IMG/VR virus record: IMGVR_UViG_3300045988_109391
Origin: a virus
Length of the DNA stretch: 64,000 bases
Direction: 5' to 3' (one strand)
Of the stretch, positions 10,411-20,511 are shown in pieces. The translations under genes and the position numbers were made by a program. Positions within the stretch are counted from its first letter, which is position 1. Each line of letters begins with the position of its first letter. The notes under the pieces were generated by a model, which made no database searches, had not been told where the DNA came from, and worked only from the letters and a program-made list of their open reading frames with translations.

Positions 10411-10716
10411 ATGAATGATGAAATGATTAACGAGAATGACTCTAGAGATAAAGAAGAAGAAAAAATATATAACTATATAGGTGTAATTTTTGAAAATAAG
10501 AATGTACCTTTCGATGCTCCAGAAGATATAGCTAAACAGTTTTACAGAAAATCTACAGTTTATACATATAAAACTGAAAACTATTATAAAAAAGGTCAAA
10601 TAATTAATATTAATAGTTTGTCTGGAACTTGTAGAGTCTTAGTAGTAAACCCAGCTTTGATGGAATCTGAAATAAAGTTTCCAGTAGATAAAATAAAATT
10701 ACTTGAGGAGGCTTAA
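10411..10716 (+). CDS. hypothetical protein
   Basis: ATG 10411 after GGAGG. Confidence 0.45.
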   Translation: MNDEMINENDSRDKEEEKIYNYIGVIFENKNVPFDAPEDIAKQFYRKSTVYTYKTENYYKKGQIININSLSGTCRVLVVNPALMESEIKFPVDKIKLLEEA

Positions 10717-10717
10717 T

Positions 10718-11656
10718 ATGTCAAAGATTTATTTTGTGGGAGATACTCATATAATGTCAACATCACCTTCGTCAAGGAATGAAACTGCTGAAGAATATAG
10801 ACAATTACAATATGATAAATTAAAGCAAGTGTATGATATGGCAACAGATGAAGATTTAGTTATAATAACAGGAGATGTTTTTAATTCATCAGCTTTATCT
10901 ATGATGAGTGGTACTCCAAAATTTTATAATGATATAATAGACTTGATGAATAGCAAGTCAACTTATACAATTATTGGAAATCATGATTTGTATTTTAGAA
11001 ATGAAACAGTAGAAAATACAACTATATTAGATAATTTATTTAAGACAGGAGTAAGACATTTAGAGCATTTAAAATTTAAAGACATAAATTTAGTAGGAAT
11101 AGATTATGGGCATGATTTTCCAATTTTTGAAAATTCTAGTACATACAATATAGTTGTAGCTCATTCTTTTTTTGAAGATAGTTTTTATGGCTCTACTGGA
11201 AACCATAATCTAACTATAGACGGGTTAAAAGTTATGAAAAATGTAAATGCAGTAGTATTAGGACATGACCATAATACATACAAAATATTAGATATTGATG
11301 GAGTTAAAATAGTTAGACCGGGTAGCTTAATGAGAGGAACTTCACATACTTGTAATATAAATAGAATACCTCAAGTAGCAGTATTTGATACTGAGACAAA
11401 AGAATGGAAATATGTTCCAATTACTAATGTTCCAGGAGAAGAAGTATTTAAGAAAAAAGTTCTTTTAGAAAAAGATTTAGATATTAATATGAATGACATT
11501 ATAAGTAATTTAAGTAGCTATGATAAATCTTCTAACATATTTAAAATTTTACATGAGAATGAAGTTGCAGGTAGAGAAGCTTATGGTGAAAGATATGAAG
11601 CTGTATTAGACATAATAAAACAGTACTTAAATTCTTTTGGAGTAGTTGGGAGGTAA
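10718..11656 (+). CDS. Mre11/SbcD-like metallophosphoesterase nuclease
   Basis: Calcineurin-fold motifs GDTH, GDVFN, GNHD and GHDH in order. Likely partner of the SbcC-like genes. Confidence 0.7.
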   Translation: MSKIYFVGDTHIMSTSPSSRNETAEEYRQLQYDKLKQVYDMATDEDLVIITGDVFNSSALSMMSGTPKFYNDIIDLMNSKSTYTIIGNHDLYFRNETVENTTILDNLFKTGVRHLEHLKFKDINLVGIDYGHDFPIFENSSTYNIVVAHSFFEDSFYGSTGNHNLTIDGLKVMKNVNAVVLGHDHNTYKILDIDGVKIVRPGSLMRGTSHTCNINRIPQVAVFDTETKEWKYVPITNVPGEEVFKKKVLLEKDLDINMNDIISNLSSYDKSSNIFKILHENEVAGREAYGERYEAVLDIIKQYLNSFGVVGR

Positions 11657-11662
11657 AATACA

Positions 11663-11980
11663 ATGAATATTAGAGAATTTAGAGATTATATTAAGTCTAC
11701 TAAACAGAATGATTTTTATACTTTAGATTACTGTGGCTTAAAATTTAAACTATTTGAAGATGATAAAGTAATAGTTAGTTATAAAGAAAGAACCACTAAA
11801 TATGATTTAATTTTCTTTTTAAGTAATGCTAGTAAGTATGATAACTTATTCATTACAAAATATCATATTGATATGAAAAAGCTTCAAGACCAAGCTTTAT
11901 TATTTATTAATTTAGATGATAAATTAGACTGTGAAGATAATTCTGAAGGTAAAGTTAGTTTTTCAATGAAGATTATATAA
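11663..11980 (+). CDS. hypothetical protein
   Basis: GGGAGG RBS; 105-aa ORF. Confidence 0.45.
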   Translation: MNIREFRDYIKSTKQNDFYTLDYCGLKFKLFEDDKVIVSYKERTTKYDLIFFLSNASKYDNLFITKYHIDMKKLQDQALLFINLDDKLDCEDNSEGKVSFSMKII

Positions 11981-11993
11981 ATAGGAGGTTATT

Positions 11994-13169
11994 ATGAGTT
12001 TAAAAGCATTAGGAATGTTTATTTTTGGTGGCTCAATGTCTATTGGAGTTATGAAAGCTGGTTTTGAAATAGATAGAGTATTAGAAATTTCTGATGAAAT
12101 GCCAGAGCAAAATGCTAAACATTTTATTCATAACTATTCTAGCATTCCAGTAGTTATTCCATCAAAGTGGGATAGCCAAGAATATATTAATTCATTAAGA
12201 GAAGAAAACTATGACTTAATGTATGGAAATCCTCCTTGCAGTGGTTTATCTACTATAAATAGAAATGCTTCTGCAGATAATAAAACAAATAAATATATGT
12301 ATAAATATTTTGAGACTGTAAATTCTATAAGACCGAAAGTATTTTTAATGGAAAATGCTCCTACCTTAGTTAGTAGAGGAAAAGAAATACTTAATTTTTT
12401 AGTATCTTCTTTAGGAGCATTCTATAATATAGTTATTCTAAGAGACTACGCTGGAAATCATGGAGTTCCAATGAGGCGACAACGAACTTTAGTAGTAGGC
12501 TTTAGAAAAGATATTTTTAATCGCTTAGTAGCAGATATAAAATCAGAGCATAATATTAAATGGGCTTATGATGCAATTACTGAGAATATTATCTCTAACT
12601 GTAAATATAATATGGAATTAGTTCCAGAAAGAAGCTGTAAAGAATTAGAACATTTATATAACATAATAGTTCCAGGAGAGTCTATAATCTATACTTTAAC
12701 TAAGTATACAACTGAGCAAATGAAAAGTATGAATGTTCCAGAAAATTATATTAAAGCAGTTGACAAATTAAAATACAAAATATTTAACAATTTACGAGCT
12801 TATGAAAAATCTCCTTGCAAAATTAAAACTCAAGAGTGGGCTCCAAGCTTAGCTTCACCAGTAGAGTTAATACACCCTGATGAAAACAGACCATTCTATA
12901 TAAGAGAATACGCAAGATTGATGGGTTACCCAGATGATTTTGAATTTGTAAGTGATGCTAAAGTACCATATGTTCAAGCTATAGCTCAAGGAGTTCCAGT
13001 TGGTTTTGTTTATTGGATAGCTAACTATATCAAAGATGCTTTATTAGGAATTAACTTAATAGAACTTCAGTCTGATTGTAGCATAATATATAAAAATTTA
13101 TGCAATGAAAATAATATTATAGAAAAACAATTTGATACAAAAGATTTTATATTTAATTCTAGATTATAA
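11994..13169 (+). CDS. DNA (cytosine-5)-methyltransferase
   Basis: Motif IV GNPPCSGLS, motif VI ENAPTL, motif VIII QRTLVVGF. Confidence 0.8.
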   Translation: MSLKALGMFIFGGSMSIGVMKAGFEIDRVLEISDEMPEQNAKHFIHNYSSIPVVIPSKWDSQEYINSLREENYDLMYGNPPCSGLSTINRNASADNKTNKYMYKYFETVNSIRPKVFLMENAPTLVSRGKEILNFLVSSLGAFYNIVILRDYAGNHGVPMRRQRTLVVGFRKDIFNRLVADIKSEHNIKWAYDAITENIISNCKYNMELVPERSCKELEHLYNIIVPGESIIYTLTKYTTEQMKSMNVPENYIKAVDKLKYKIFNNLRAYEKSPCKIKTQEWAPSLASPVELIHPDENRPFYIREYARLMGYPDDFEFVSDAKVPYVQAIAQGVPVGFVYWIANYIKDALLGINLIELQSDCSIIYKNLCNENNIIEKQFDTKDFIFNSRL

Positions 13170-13217
13170 ATGCGAGAGCATATTATAATATATAAAAATT
13201 TATAGGAGGAATTTGTT

Positions 13218-13502
13218 ATGGAAAAAATGACAAAAGGTGAATTTATTTCTGCAGTAGCAGAGAAAGCAGAGGTATCTAAAAAAGAAGTATCTGCAGTTTA
13301 TGAAGCTATAGTTGATGTAGTAACAGAACAATTAATTGATGGAAACAAAATAGCTTTAGTAGGATTTGGAAACTTTGAAACAAGAGACAGAGCAGCTACT
13401 ACTGGAGTAAATCCATCAACGGGAGAAAAAATAAATATTCCTGCAAAAAGAGTACCAAAATTTTCTTTCAGTTCAACAATAAAAGCAAAAGTAGATGCTT
13501 AA
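13218..13502 (+). CDS. HU/IHF-family DNA-binding protein
   Basis: Full-length HU pattern: MTKGEFI..VGFGNFETRDRAATTGVNPSTGEKINIPA. Confidence 0.85.
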   Translation: MEKMTKGEFISAVAEKAEVSKKEVSAVYEAIVDVVTEQLIDGNKIALVGFGNFETRDRAATTGVNPSTGEKINIPAKRVPKFSFSSTIKAKVDA

Positions 13503-13528
13503 GAGTAAGAGTTGATTAAAGATAACAT

Positions 13529-13559
13529 AGTAGTATTATATAAAGTAATACTACTTTTG
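13529..13559 (+). terminator. rho-independent terminator after the HU gene
   Basis: 10-bp stem agtagtatta/taatactact followed by a T-run. Confidence 0.6.
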
Positions 13560-13584
13560 TTATATTAGAAAGAAGGTGTAAAAA

Positions 13585-14700
13585 ATGAATGAAGATGAGA
13601 CACTAGACTATCTTAATGTAGATTACCCATCTATAGTAGTTTGTAAAGATGATTTAATTAAAACTTTAACTTTAGTATCTAAAATTAGTCAACCTAATTC
13701 ATCTTCTATAGAGTGTAATTCATTAGCGTTCGTTCCAAAATGGGAGTCTAACACAGTAGAATTAATGATTACGAATGATTTAACATATTTTAAAATTTCA
13801 GTAGAATTATTAGGAGACAAAACTAAAGCTCTTAGAGATATATTTTCAATTAGGGTAGATTTTTTGAATAAGATAAAACCGTTTTTAAAAAATAAAGTGT
13901 TATTTTATAAAAAAGGAGAAAATTTATACGTAAGACTCATTGATGGAGATTTGTTAGTTAATTATTTAATTCCTAATTATTCTAAGCTAACTTTTACTTC
14001 ATCAATTAATAGCTTTATATATGAAGCTAGAGTAGACTCATTCTGCAGCTTATTATCAACTTATAAGTCACTACAGAACGACTTTGCAGATAAGTGGTTA
14101 ACTTTTGATGGAGAAAAAGCATGTTTTTGCGGAAGTACTTATTATGTAGAGTCTAAGATAAAAACTCCAAAGATGTGCTTATTATTTGCTGATGTTGATT
14201 TATTGATAAAACTAGCTCAGTTTTATTCTGAAAGTACTTTAGAATTTTATTCTACAGACTCTATTATTCCAAAGCTTCATATTAAGGTAGATGATTTAGA
14301 AATAGAAATTTTAAATGTTCTATCAAGCATGCAAACTTCAGTTATTAATTCTTTACATGATAAAATATCTAGTTCATCATACTCTGTTCCTACCGCTGCA
14401 TTAAATAGAATTTTTAGCTTAGGAAATTCTGTTCCTGACATGGAAAGTGATTATATAATGACTTATAAAGATGATAAATTATTAGTTATATTAAAAAGCT
14501 CTAAGGGTTCATCTGAGTTTAATCTCGTTACAACTGAGTTAGATAAAAATCAATCTGATGTTGATACAGTTGAAGCAAGTTTAAGCGTAGTAGGAAAAAT
14601 ATTAAATTGTATAAATTCATCTCAGACAGAAATAGCATTAAATAAAATATATACAACGTTTGTTGGAGACAATTTAAAAGCAATTGTAATAAATAAGTAG
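13585..14700 (+). CDS. putative sliding clamp (beta-clamp-like)
   Basis: About 370 aa, clamp-sized, and upstream of primase and clamp-loader genes. No strong motif, so the call rests on context. Confidence 0.3.
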   Translation: MNEDETLDYLNVDYPSIVVCKDDLIKTLTLVSKISQPNSSSIECNSLAFVPKWESNTVELMITNDLTYFKISVELLGDKTKALRDIFSIRVDFLNKIKPFLKNKVLFYKKGENLYVRLIDGDLLVNYLIPNYSKLTFTSSINSFIYEARVDSFCSLLSTYKSLQNDFADKWLTFDGEKACFCGSTYYVESKIKTPKMCLLFADVDLLIKLAQFYSESTLEFYSTDSIIPKLHIKVDDLEIEILNVLSSMQTSVINSLHDKISSSSYSVPTAALNRIFSLGNSVPDMESDYIMTYKDDKLLVILKSSKGSSEFNLVTTELDKNQSDVDTVEASLSVVGKILNCINSSQTEIALNKIYTTFVGDNLKAIVINK

Positions 14701-14708
14701 GTGTTTAT

Positions 14709-15869
14709 ATGATAAGAACAAAATATTTAGAATTTTTAAGAGATTTTAGAAGTTGTTCTGGTTTGAAATTAATATTAAAATGTAATCAAAATGTATACGA
14801 CAAAGAATGGTTAGAGGGAAATTTAGTTACTCTTAAAGTTAATTTAAAACTAAGCAAAATAATAGATAAAAATAATTACGGACAAAATTATGTTCAATTA
14901 GAAGTGATAGACGCAACCAATCAAATGTATTCTATTAGAGTTTATTTAACTGATGAAGAACTTAGCTGGTTATCAGAAAATCCATACATTTATACTGTAG
15001 TTTCAGTCTATGGTTATGGAGCATACGCTGGAAAATTTTTATCTTGTCCTATCGGGGTATCTGTGTATAAAAATGTTACTCCCGATAAATTAAGCGTTAT
15101 TCCAAAAGTAAATTCTACTAGTTTAGAAGTTCTTAAAGATTGCTATAATAATGCTTATGCAGTAAACCCTGGAATTTCTGAGTATGATACTTCTAAAAAA
15201 GAGTCCCGACTTGGGTTTATTATAGTTAATGATGAATATATTGATGAATATTTTTACGATACTTATTGTCCTAGCTTAAAGCCAAAATCAAATTTTTCTA
15301 GCTGGATGGAAGAACATATCGCTAAATTAGATGTTTTTGATTATAATAGTGAAAATAAGTCTATAGACGAAGAATTAGATACTGACATAAAAGACGGCTA
15401 TAAAAAAGAAAAGAGAGAGTATGACCCTCAAAAAAATTCTTCAAAAGTTTATGCTGGATTAAAAGACGAGACCGGGAATTTTATAGGAATAAAAGAAACT
15501 AATCTTTTATTGATGAAAAATAAAAATAGTTTTAGCGGAATGGATGCAACAGAGGTAAGAATAAAAGAGTATGAAAGACTTCTTGATATAGCAAAAACAA
15601 AATATAGAGCAGCTTCAATAGTTCTAATGGAAAAACACTGGGTTAGAACTTTAATTCCTGAGCAAAAAAGCATAATAGATTTAGATGGAATAAAAAGAAA
15701 TGCCTTACACCAAAATATTGATTATAAAACTCATAGAAGAACAGACAATTTAATGTATTCTCAAAATGGAAATGTTATAGTAAAAGATAGAGATAATAGT
15801 ATAAAAATATATGAGTCTGAAAGAACATATTATAATATTTTAAAAGATAATGAATATGGAGATAGATAA
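14709..15869 (+). CDS. hypothetical replication-module protein
   Basis: 386-aa ORF abutting the Toprim gene. Confidence 0.45.
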   Translation: MIRTKYLEFLRDFRSCSGLKLILKCNQNVYDKEWLEGNLVTLKVNLKLSKIIDKNNYGQNYVQLEVIDATNQMYSIRVYLTDEELSWLSENPYIYTVVSVYGYGAYAGKFLSCPIGVSVYKNVTPDKLSVIPKVNSTSLEVLKDCYNNAYAVNPGISEYDTSKKESRLGFIIVNDEYIDEYFYDTYCPSLKPKSNFSSWMEEHIAKLDVFDYNSENKSIDEELDTDIKDGYKKEKREYDPQKNSSKVYAGLKDETGNFIGIKETNLLLMKNKNSFSGMDATEVRIKEYERLLDIAKTKYRAASIVLMEKHWVRTLIPEQKSIIDLDGIKRNALHQNIDYKTHRRTDNLMYSQNGNVIVKDRDNSIKIYESERTYYNILKDNEYGDR

Positions 15870-16559
15870 ATGATAAGTTGTAGTAAAATGAAAAAAATAT
15901 TTGAACTAGGAAGAGTCATAGAAAATGACTCTTTAAACGCATATTTACATACGGCATATAAACTTAAGCTAAACAACTATAGATTAATATCTGATGGAGA
16001 ACTTTCTATTCGAGGTGCTGGTTTAGATGTTCCAGATTTTATGAAAGAGTTTTTAAGATTTCATGGAGAAGCTTTGATGATAGCTAATATTATTAATAGT
16101 AAAATTATATCTATTACTCTTAGAAGCATGGGTCCTAAAAAAGAATTTAGTAAAATTGGGATTAGTAAAAATATGCTTTATGGCTTAGGCCAAATGAGTG
16201 AAGGCTTTAAGTTTGGTCAACCAATCTTATTAGTAGAAGGGCATTTAGATAGAGATGTTATTTCAGAGTTATACCCTAATTCACTCGCTTTAACTACAAA
16301 TATGATTAATAAATCTCAAGCTGAAATACTAAAAAGACTTACTAACAAATTTATTTTAATGCTAGATAATGATGAAGCAGGACGAAAAGGTACACAAAAT
16401 GCATATAATATATTAAAAGGATGTAAAATAAAATCTATTCATCATGAAAACGGAATGAAAGATTGTGGAGACTTAGTAAAATTAGAACTCTCAAATATAA
16501 ATGAATATGAATGGGTTAAACAAATGTATAAATCTAAAATAGAAATGGAGTTATATTAA
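15870..16559 (+). CDS. Toprim-domain protein (DnaG-primase-like)
   Basis: LLVEGHLD and MLDNDEAGRKG Toprim motifs. Confidence 0.55.
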   Translation: MISCSKMKKIFELGRVIENDSLNAYLHTAYKLKLNNYRLISDGELSIRGAGLDVPDFMKEFLRFHGEALMIANIINSKIISITLRSMGPKKEFSKIGISKNMLYGLGQMSEGFKFGQPILLVEGHLDRDVISELYPNSLALTTNMINKSQAEILKRLTNKFILMLDNDEAGRKGTQNAYNILKGCKIKSIHHENGMKDCGDLVKLELSNINEYEWVKQMYKSKIEMELY

Positions 16560-16605
16560 ATGCAATTCGTAGTTAAAATAAAGATAGTATAAAGGAGATA
16601 AGTTA

Positions 16606-16761
16606 ATGATATCTAGAAAAGATTTAAGAGAAGGACAGCTATATTTATTTCTTAATGGTAGAGATTACGTAGCTGCAGAATTTACTGGAAAATATGATGA
16701 ACAAGGTAGAGCTATTATGAAATATAAAAATGAAATATTTTATGTTAACGTGGGAGACTAG
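16606..16761 (+). CDS. small hypothetical protein
   Basis: AAGGAG RBS; 51-aa ORF filling the gap before dnaX. Confidence 0.35.
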   Translation: MISRKDLREGQLYLFLNGRDYVAAEFTGKYDEQGRAIMKYKNEIFYVNVGD

Positions 16762-16763
16762 AA

Positions 16764-17795
16764 ATGATTTGTAGTGATTTTAGACCAAAAACATTTAGAG
16801 AAGTTAGTGGACAAAAACTTCCAAAGTCAATATTAAAAGCCATAAGTTTAAATCCTAAGACTAGTCCTAGAGTTTTAATTTTAGATGGAGAATATGGTAC
16901 TGGTAAGACTTCTTGTGCTAGAATTTTTGCAAGAGCATTAAATTGTAAATATAAAACTAAAGATGGAGATGCCTGCGGAATATGTGATGATTGCAAGCAA
17001 GATATTTCTAAATCAATGTTTTACACTGAGTATGACTCTGCTGTAATAGGTAATATTACAGACATTAAAGAATTAAAAGAGACATTTTATTTTAATGAGT
17101 CAGTCGGTTATAAAGTAATTGTATTAGATGAAGCTCATTTAATAACTCCGCAAGCTCAATCTACTCTATTAAAACTTTTTGAAGATAATCCTTCAGGAAT
17201 ATTTTTTGTTTTATGCACTACAAATAGTTCTAAAATTCTTAACACCATAAAATCTAGAGCTTTAACTCTTAAATTTGATTTATTGTCAGAAGATGATATT
17301 AAAAAGAATTTAAAAAGTATAGCTGAAAGTTTACAAATAGATATAAATGATGATATAATTAATTTGATAACTAAGAGAAGTAAAGGTCATTTAAGAAACG
17401 CTCATATGCTTTTAGAACAATATAAAATGTTAACAAATATAGAATTTTTAGAGTTGTTTATAAATTGCGAAGATTTATATAAAAAATTTTTACTAGCAAC
17501 TGCATGCAAAAGAAAAGATATAGCTAATGTTATTATTAACAAATTAGCTAGATGTAATTTATCAGACTTAAAGTCTGAATATGAAAAACTAGTATTAGAT
17601 ATTATTAGATGTATGTTTGGAGTAGTGGTATCTGAAGATAAAGATATGAATAATATTATAAGTTCATTTAAACACAGTAGAAATAAGTTTATTGATATAT
17701 TGAATGACTATAGAAATTATAATATGTTTAACTCTGATACGAGATTTATATCACTTATGTGGTTACTTTATGAAAAAATTACTAGCATGAAATAA
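16764..17795 (+). CDS. dnaX: clamp-loader ATPase (DNA polymerase III gamma/tau-like)
   Basis: GEYGTGKTS Walker A, CGICDDC zinc module, VLDEAH Walker B, IKSRA sensor. Confidence 0.8.
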   Translation: MICSDFRPKTFREVSGQKLPKSILKAISLNPKTSPRVLILDGEYGTGKTSCARIFARALNCKYKTKDGDACGICDDCKQDISKSMFYTEYDSAVIGNITDIKELKETFYFNESVGYKVIVLDEAHLITPQAQSTLLKLFEDNPSGIFFVLCTTNSSKILNTIKSRALTLKFDLLSEDDIKKNLKSIAESLQIDINDDIINLITKRSKGHLRNAHMLLEQYKMLTNIEFLELFINCEDLYKKFLLATACKRKDIANVIINKLARCNLSDLKSEYEKLVLDIIRCMFGVVVSEDKDMNNIISSFKHSRNKFIDILNDYRNYNMFNSDTRFISLMWLLYEKITSMK

Positions 17796-17814
17796 ATCTA
17801 GGAGGTGACCGATA

Positions 17815-18384
17815 GTGGCACTTTATTCGAGTTTAGATGGCATGATAGATAATATAGTAGAAGTAGTAAGAAAAATGTTTTTTTATTACGTATATGACAA
17901 AGATACAATTGATGATTTGAGACAAGAAGGTTATTTGATGGTATATGAGTTATTAGATAAAGGCTTATATGACCCAAGTAAAAATCTTAGAAATTATTTA
18001 TTTACTGGAGTAAGAAATGCAATGACTAATTACATGTACAAGATTAATAAGACTAAAAATGATATTCCGCATGAAACTTTAGATAGTGCTAAATGGCAAG
18101 ACTATATGCAGGTAGCAAATGATGATTTTTATGTAGGTAAAGTTTTTACATATATAAAATATCAAAGAGAAAGTGAAATTTCTTACAAAGAAATTTCAGA
18201 AATAGTAGCTAAATATACTAATTATGGTGCAAATTTGTATAAAAATTTTTTAAACAAGTATGGAAGATTATTAGCATTAGAAACTAATGAAAAATTTTTT
18301 AAAGAAGATGAGCAAGTTCCTTTAGTTTACAATGCAATTATGGGGGAATTGATATGGAAGAAAATATTAAACGAGATAGCTTAG
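17815..18384 (+). CDS. putative sigma-factor-like transcription protein
   Basis: LRQEGYLMVYELL..NLRNYLFTGVRNAM resembles sigma region 2. GTG start after AGGAGG. Confidence 0.3.
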   Translation: MALYSSLDGMIDNIVEVVRKMFFYYVYDKDTIDDLRQEGYLMVYELLDKGLYDPSKNLRNYLFTGVRNAMTNYMYKINKTKNDIPHETLDSAKWQDYMQVANDDFYVGKVFTYIKYQRESEISYKEISEIVAKYTNYGANLYKNFLNKYGRLLALETNEKFFKEDEQVPLVYNAIMGELIWKKILNEIA

Positions 18385-18908
18385 ATGAAGTTGAAAAATC
18401 AGAAGAGTATGAAAATTTAATGAATATTAAAAATAATTATGAGCCTGGAAGTTTAGTTTTATACAGAGATATAACTGATGAACAAATGAACATATTTTTA
18501 AATCAGTTATCAGACTCAGTAAGTTATAAAATAGATATACTTAGAAAAATTTTAGATGATGATAAACTTTTACTTATAGTATTAGATGTATTTTCTGGAG
18601 AAAGCATAAACATACCTAACAGAAAGCAGTTGTTTCAATGTTTAGATAGAACGTTTATGTATACTTATGTAAAGCATAGAGGCTTTACTGAGGAAGCTTA
18701 TATTGCAGTTGCTAAACATTTTGGAGAAAAATTAGTTTTAGCAAAACAAAAAGTTCTTAGAGTATCTAAAGTTTTAGATGGAGCAGAATATGAAAGTCTA
18801 TTTAAAGCTCAGGAAAAATTAAAAAAGAAAAGAAAGAAAATAAGAGAACAAAACAGGCTTAAACGAGAGCAGGAAGAAAATAGCATAAAAGAAAAAGAAG
18901 AGAGGTGA
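18354..18908 (+). CDS. hypothetical protein with a basic C-terminus
   Basis: 184-aa ORF with a K/R/E-rich tail. Confidence 0.45.
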   Translation: MEENIKRDSLDEVEKSEEYENLMNIKNNYEPGSLVLYRDITDEQMNIFLNQLSDSVSYKIDILRKILDDDKLLLIVLDVFSGESINIPNRKQLFQCLDRTFMYTYVKHRGFTEEAYIAVAKHFGEKLVLAKQKVLRVSKVLDGAEYESLFKAQEKLKKKRKKIREQNRLKREQEENSIKEKEER

Positions 18909-18912
18909 GATA

Positions 18913-19429
18913 ATGTTAGATTTTAAAAAAGTAATCATAGAGGGTCCAGACGGTTCTCGGAAAATCGACTTTAGTTAATTATATTATAGAGAATTGCGGA
19001 TTAACTAATATTATACATAGCAACAATTTAACTAAAAATGATTTTAAATATCATTTAGATTTATTGACTTCTGATAATTATGCAGTATATGATAGATTTA
19101 ACTTAGGAGAAATAGTCTATCCAACTATATTTAATAGAAAACCTAAGATGACTTTGGCTCAACATAGAATATTATTTAGCTTAATGGAAGAACTAAATAT
19201 TCCATATATAGTATTTTATTCATCTGACTTTGACGTACTAAGACAAAGATTATTTGCTCGTGGAGATACTGAGGAGATACTAGAAAATGCAGAAAAAATA
19301 AATTTATGTTTTAAGCTATTGGCTGAGCAACTTTCTACTGAAAACTATAAGAACTTGCATATAATAGATATAGCAAAAGAGTCAGACCAAATAGAGTGGT
19401 TTAAAAATAATGTAATAAAAGGAGTATAA
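18913..19429 (+). CDS. deoxynucleoside-monophosphate kinase; needs a +1 shift at in-frame CGG 18958-18960
   Basis: ATG 18913. MLDFKKVIIEGPDGS then CGG. Skipping C18958 gives the P-loop GPDGSGKSTLVNYI and runs into track ORF 19064-19429. Confidence 0.75.
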
Positions 19430-19432
19430 TTT

Positions 19433-20497
19433 ATGAAAATTTTAATGCTTAACATACACTTAGGAACACTTCAATTAAAAAGACCAGCGAATATTGGAGT
19501 AATAGAGTGTATAGAAATTTCAAATTTATTAAGAAAAGCTGGACATCAAGTAGATATGGGGTCAATTAGAGACACTGACGTAGCTATTGATTATGACAAA
19601 TTAGACGTAAATTCTTATGACAAAATATTATTAATGAATGGACCTGTAGATTTTCCTGGAGGAGCTCCTAGTTCATATCATCAAAAATTATTTGAATTTT
19701 TAGCTAAAAGTGATAAATCTAAAGATATATATTATATATTAGTAGATTTAGCTTTACCATTTGTTCAAATGTACCCAAAAGTTATGAATAGAGCTTGGAA
19801 CCCTTATAAATCTATAGATGAAATAAGAATTGCAAACCCTATAACCATTATATCTCAATCTAATAATTTTGATGAAGTAAGAAGAATACATCAAAAATCA
19901 GATATGAATTTAAAAGATATTAAATACGTTCCAATTAATGAGTGGATTTATTTTACAGAAGATGTAAGAGAAAATAGCGGAACCGTAGATTTAATACTTG
20001 GAACTTCTAATCGTGGTGGAAGAAGAATGAAAAAATATTTAGATTATTTTTACGGAAGACCGGACTTAAAGATAGAGTTATATGGTAAAATTCAAGATAA
20101 GCATTTTCCAGAGTCTAAAACTGAAGGAAAAGCAAAGCCAATTTTTTCTGGACCGTTAAAAGACGCTAGAGGAGTAGTAGCTAAAAATTCTACTGGTTTT
20201 GCAACAGTAGTTACTGGAGATACTAATTATTATGGAAATATAGTTACTTTAAGAGTTGCTGAGTCTATATTAGCTAATTGCATTACTTTTATAGACCAAG
20301 AGTATGACCCAAGCCATTTTATATTCCCTAATATTCCATATTTATATATAAATAATGGAGATGAACTTGAATATAAAATAAAACAATTAAGAGCAAATCC
20401 AGAAGCAGCAGAAAGTATTAGAGTAGAACAAAGAAAATTAATAGAAAAATGTAGAGCTAATCCAATGATAGACAAGTTTATTGAAGCATTAAATTAA
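19433..20497 (+). CDS. DNA beta-glucosyltransferase (T4 beta-gt-like)
   Basis: Similar to T4 BGT along its length as I recall it: DVNSYDKILLMNGPVDFPGG, IYYILVDLALPF, DLILGTSNRGGRR, GDTNYYGNIVTLRV..FIDQEYD. Confidence 0.7.
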   Translation: MKILMLNIHLGTLQLKRPANIGVIECIEISNLLRKAGHQVDMGSIRDTDVAIDYDKLDVNSYDKILLMNGPVDFPGGAPSSYHQKLFEFLAKSDKSKDIYYILVDLALPFVQMYPKVMNRAWNPYKSIDEIRIANPITIISQSNNFDEVRRIHQKSDMNLKDIKYVPINEWIYFTEDVRENSGTVDLILGTSNRGGRRMKKYLDYFYGRPDLKIELYGKIQDKHFPESKTEGKAKPIFSGPLKDARGVVAKNSTGFATVVTGDTNYYGNIVTLRVAESILANCITFIDQEYDPSHFIFPNIPYLYINNGDELEYKIKQLRANPEAAESIRVEQRKLIEKCRANPMIDKFIEALN

Positions 20498-20511
20498 TTG
20501 GAGGAATATAT

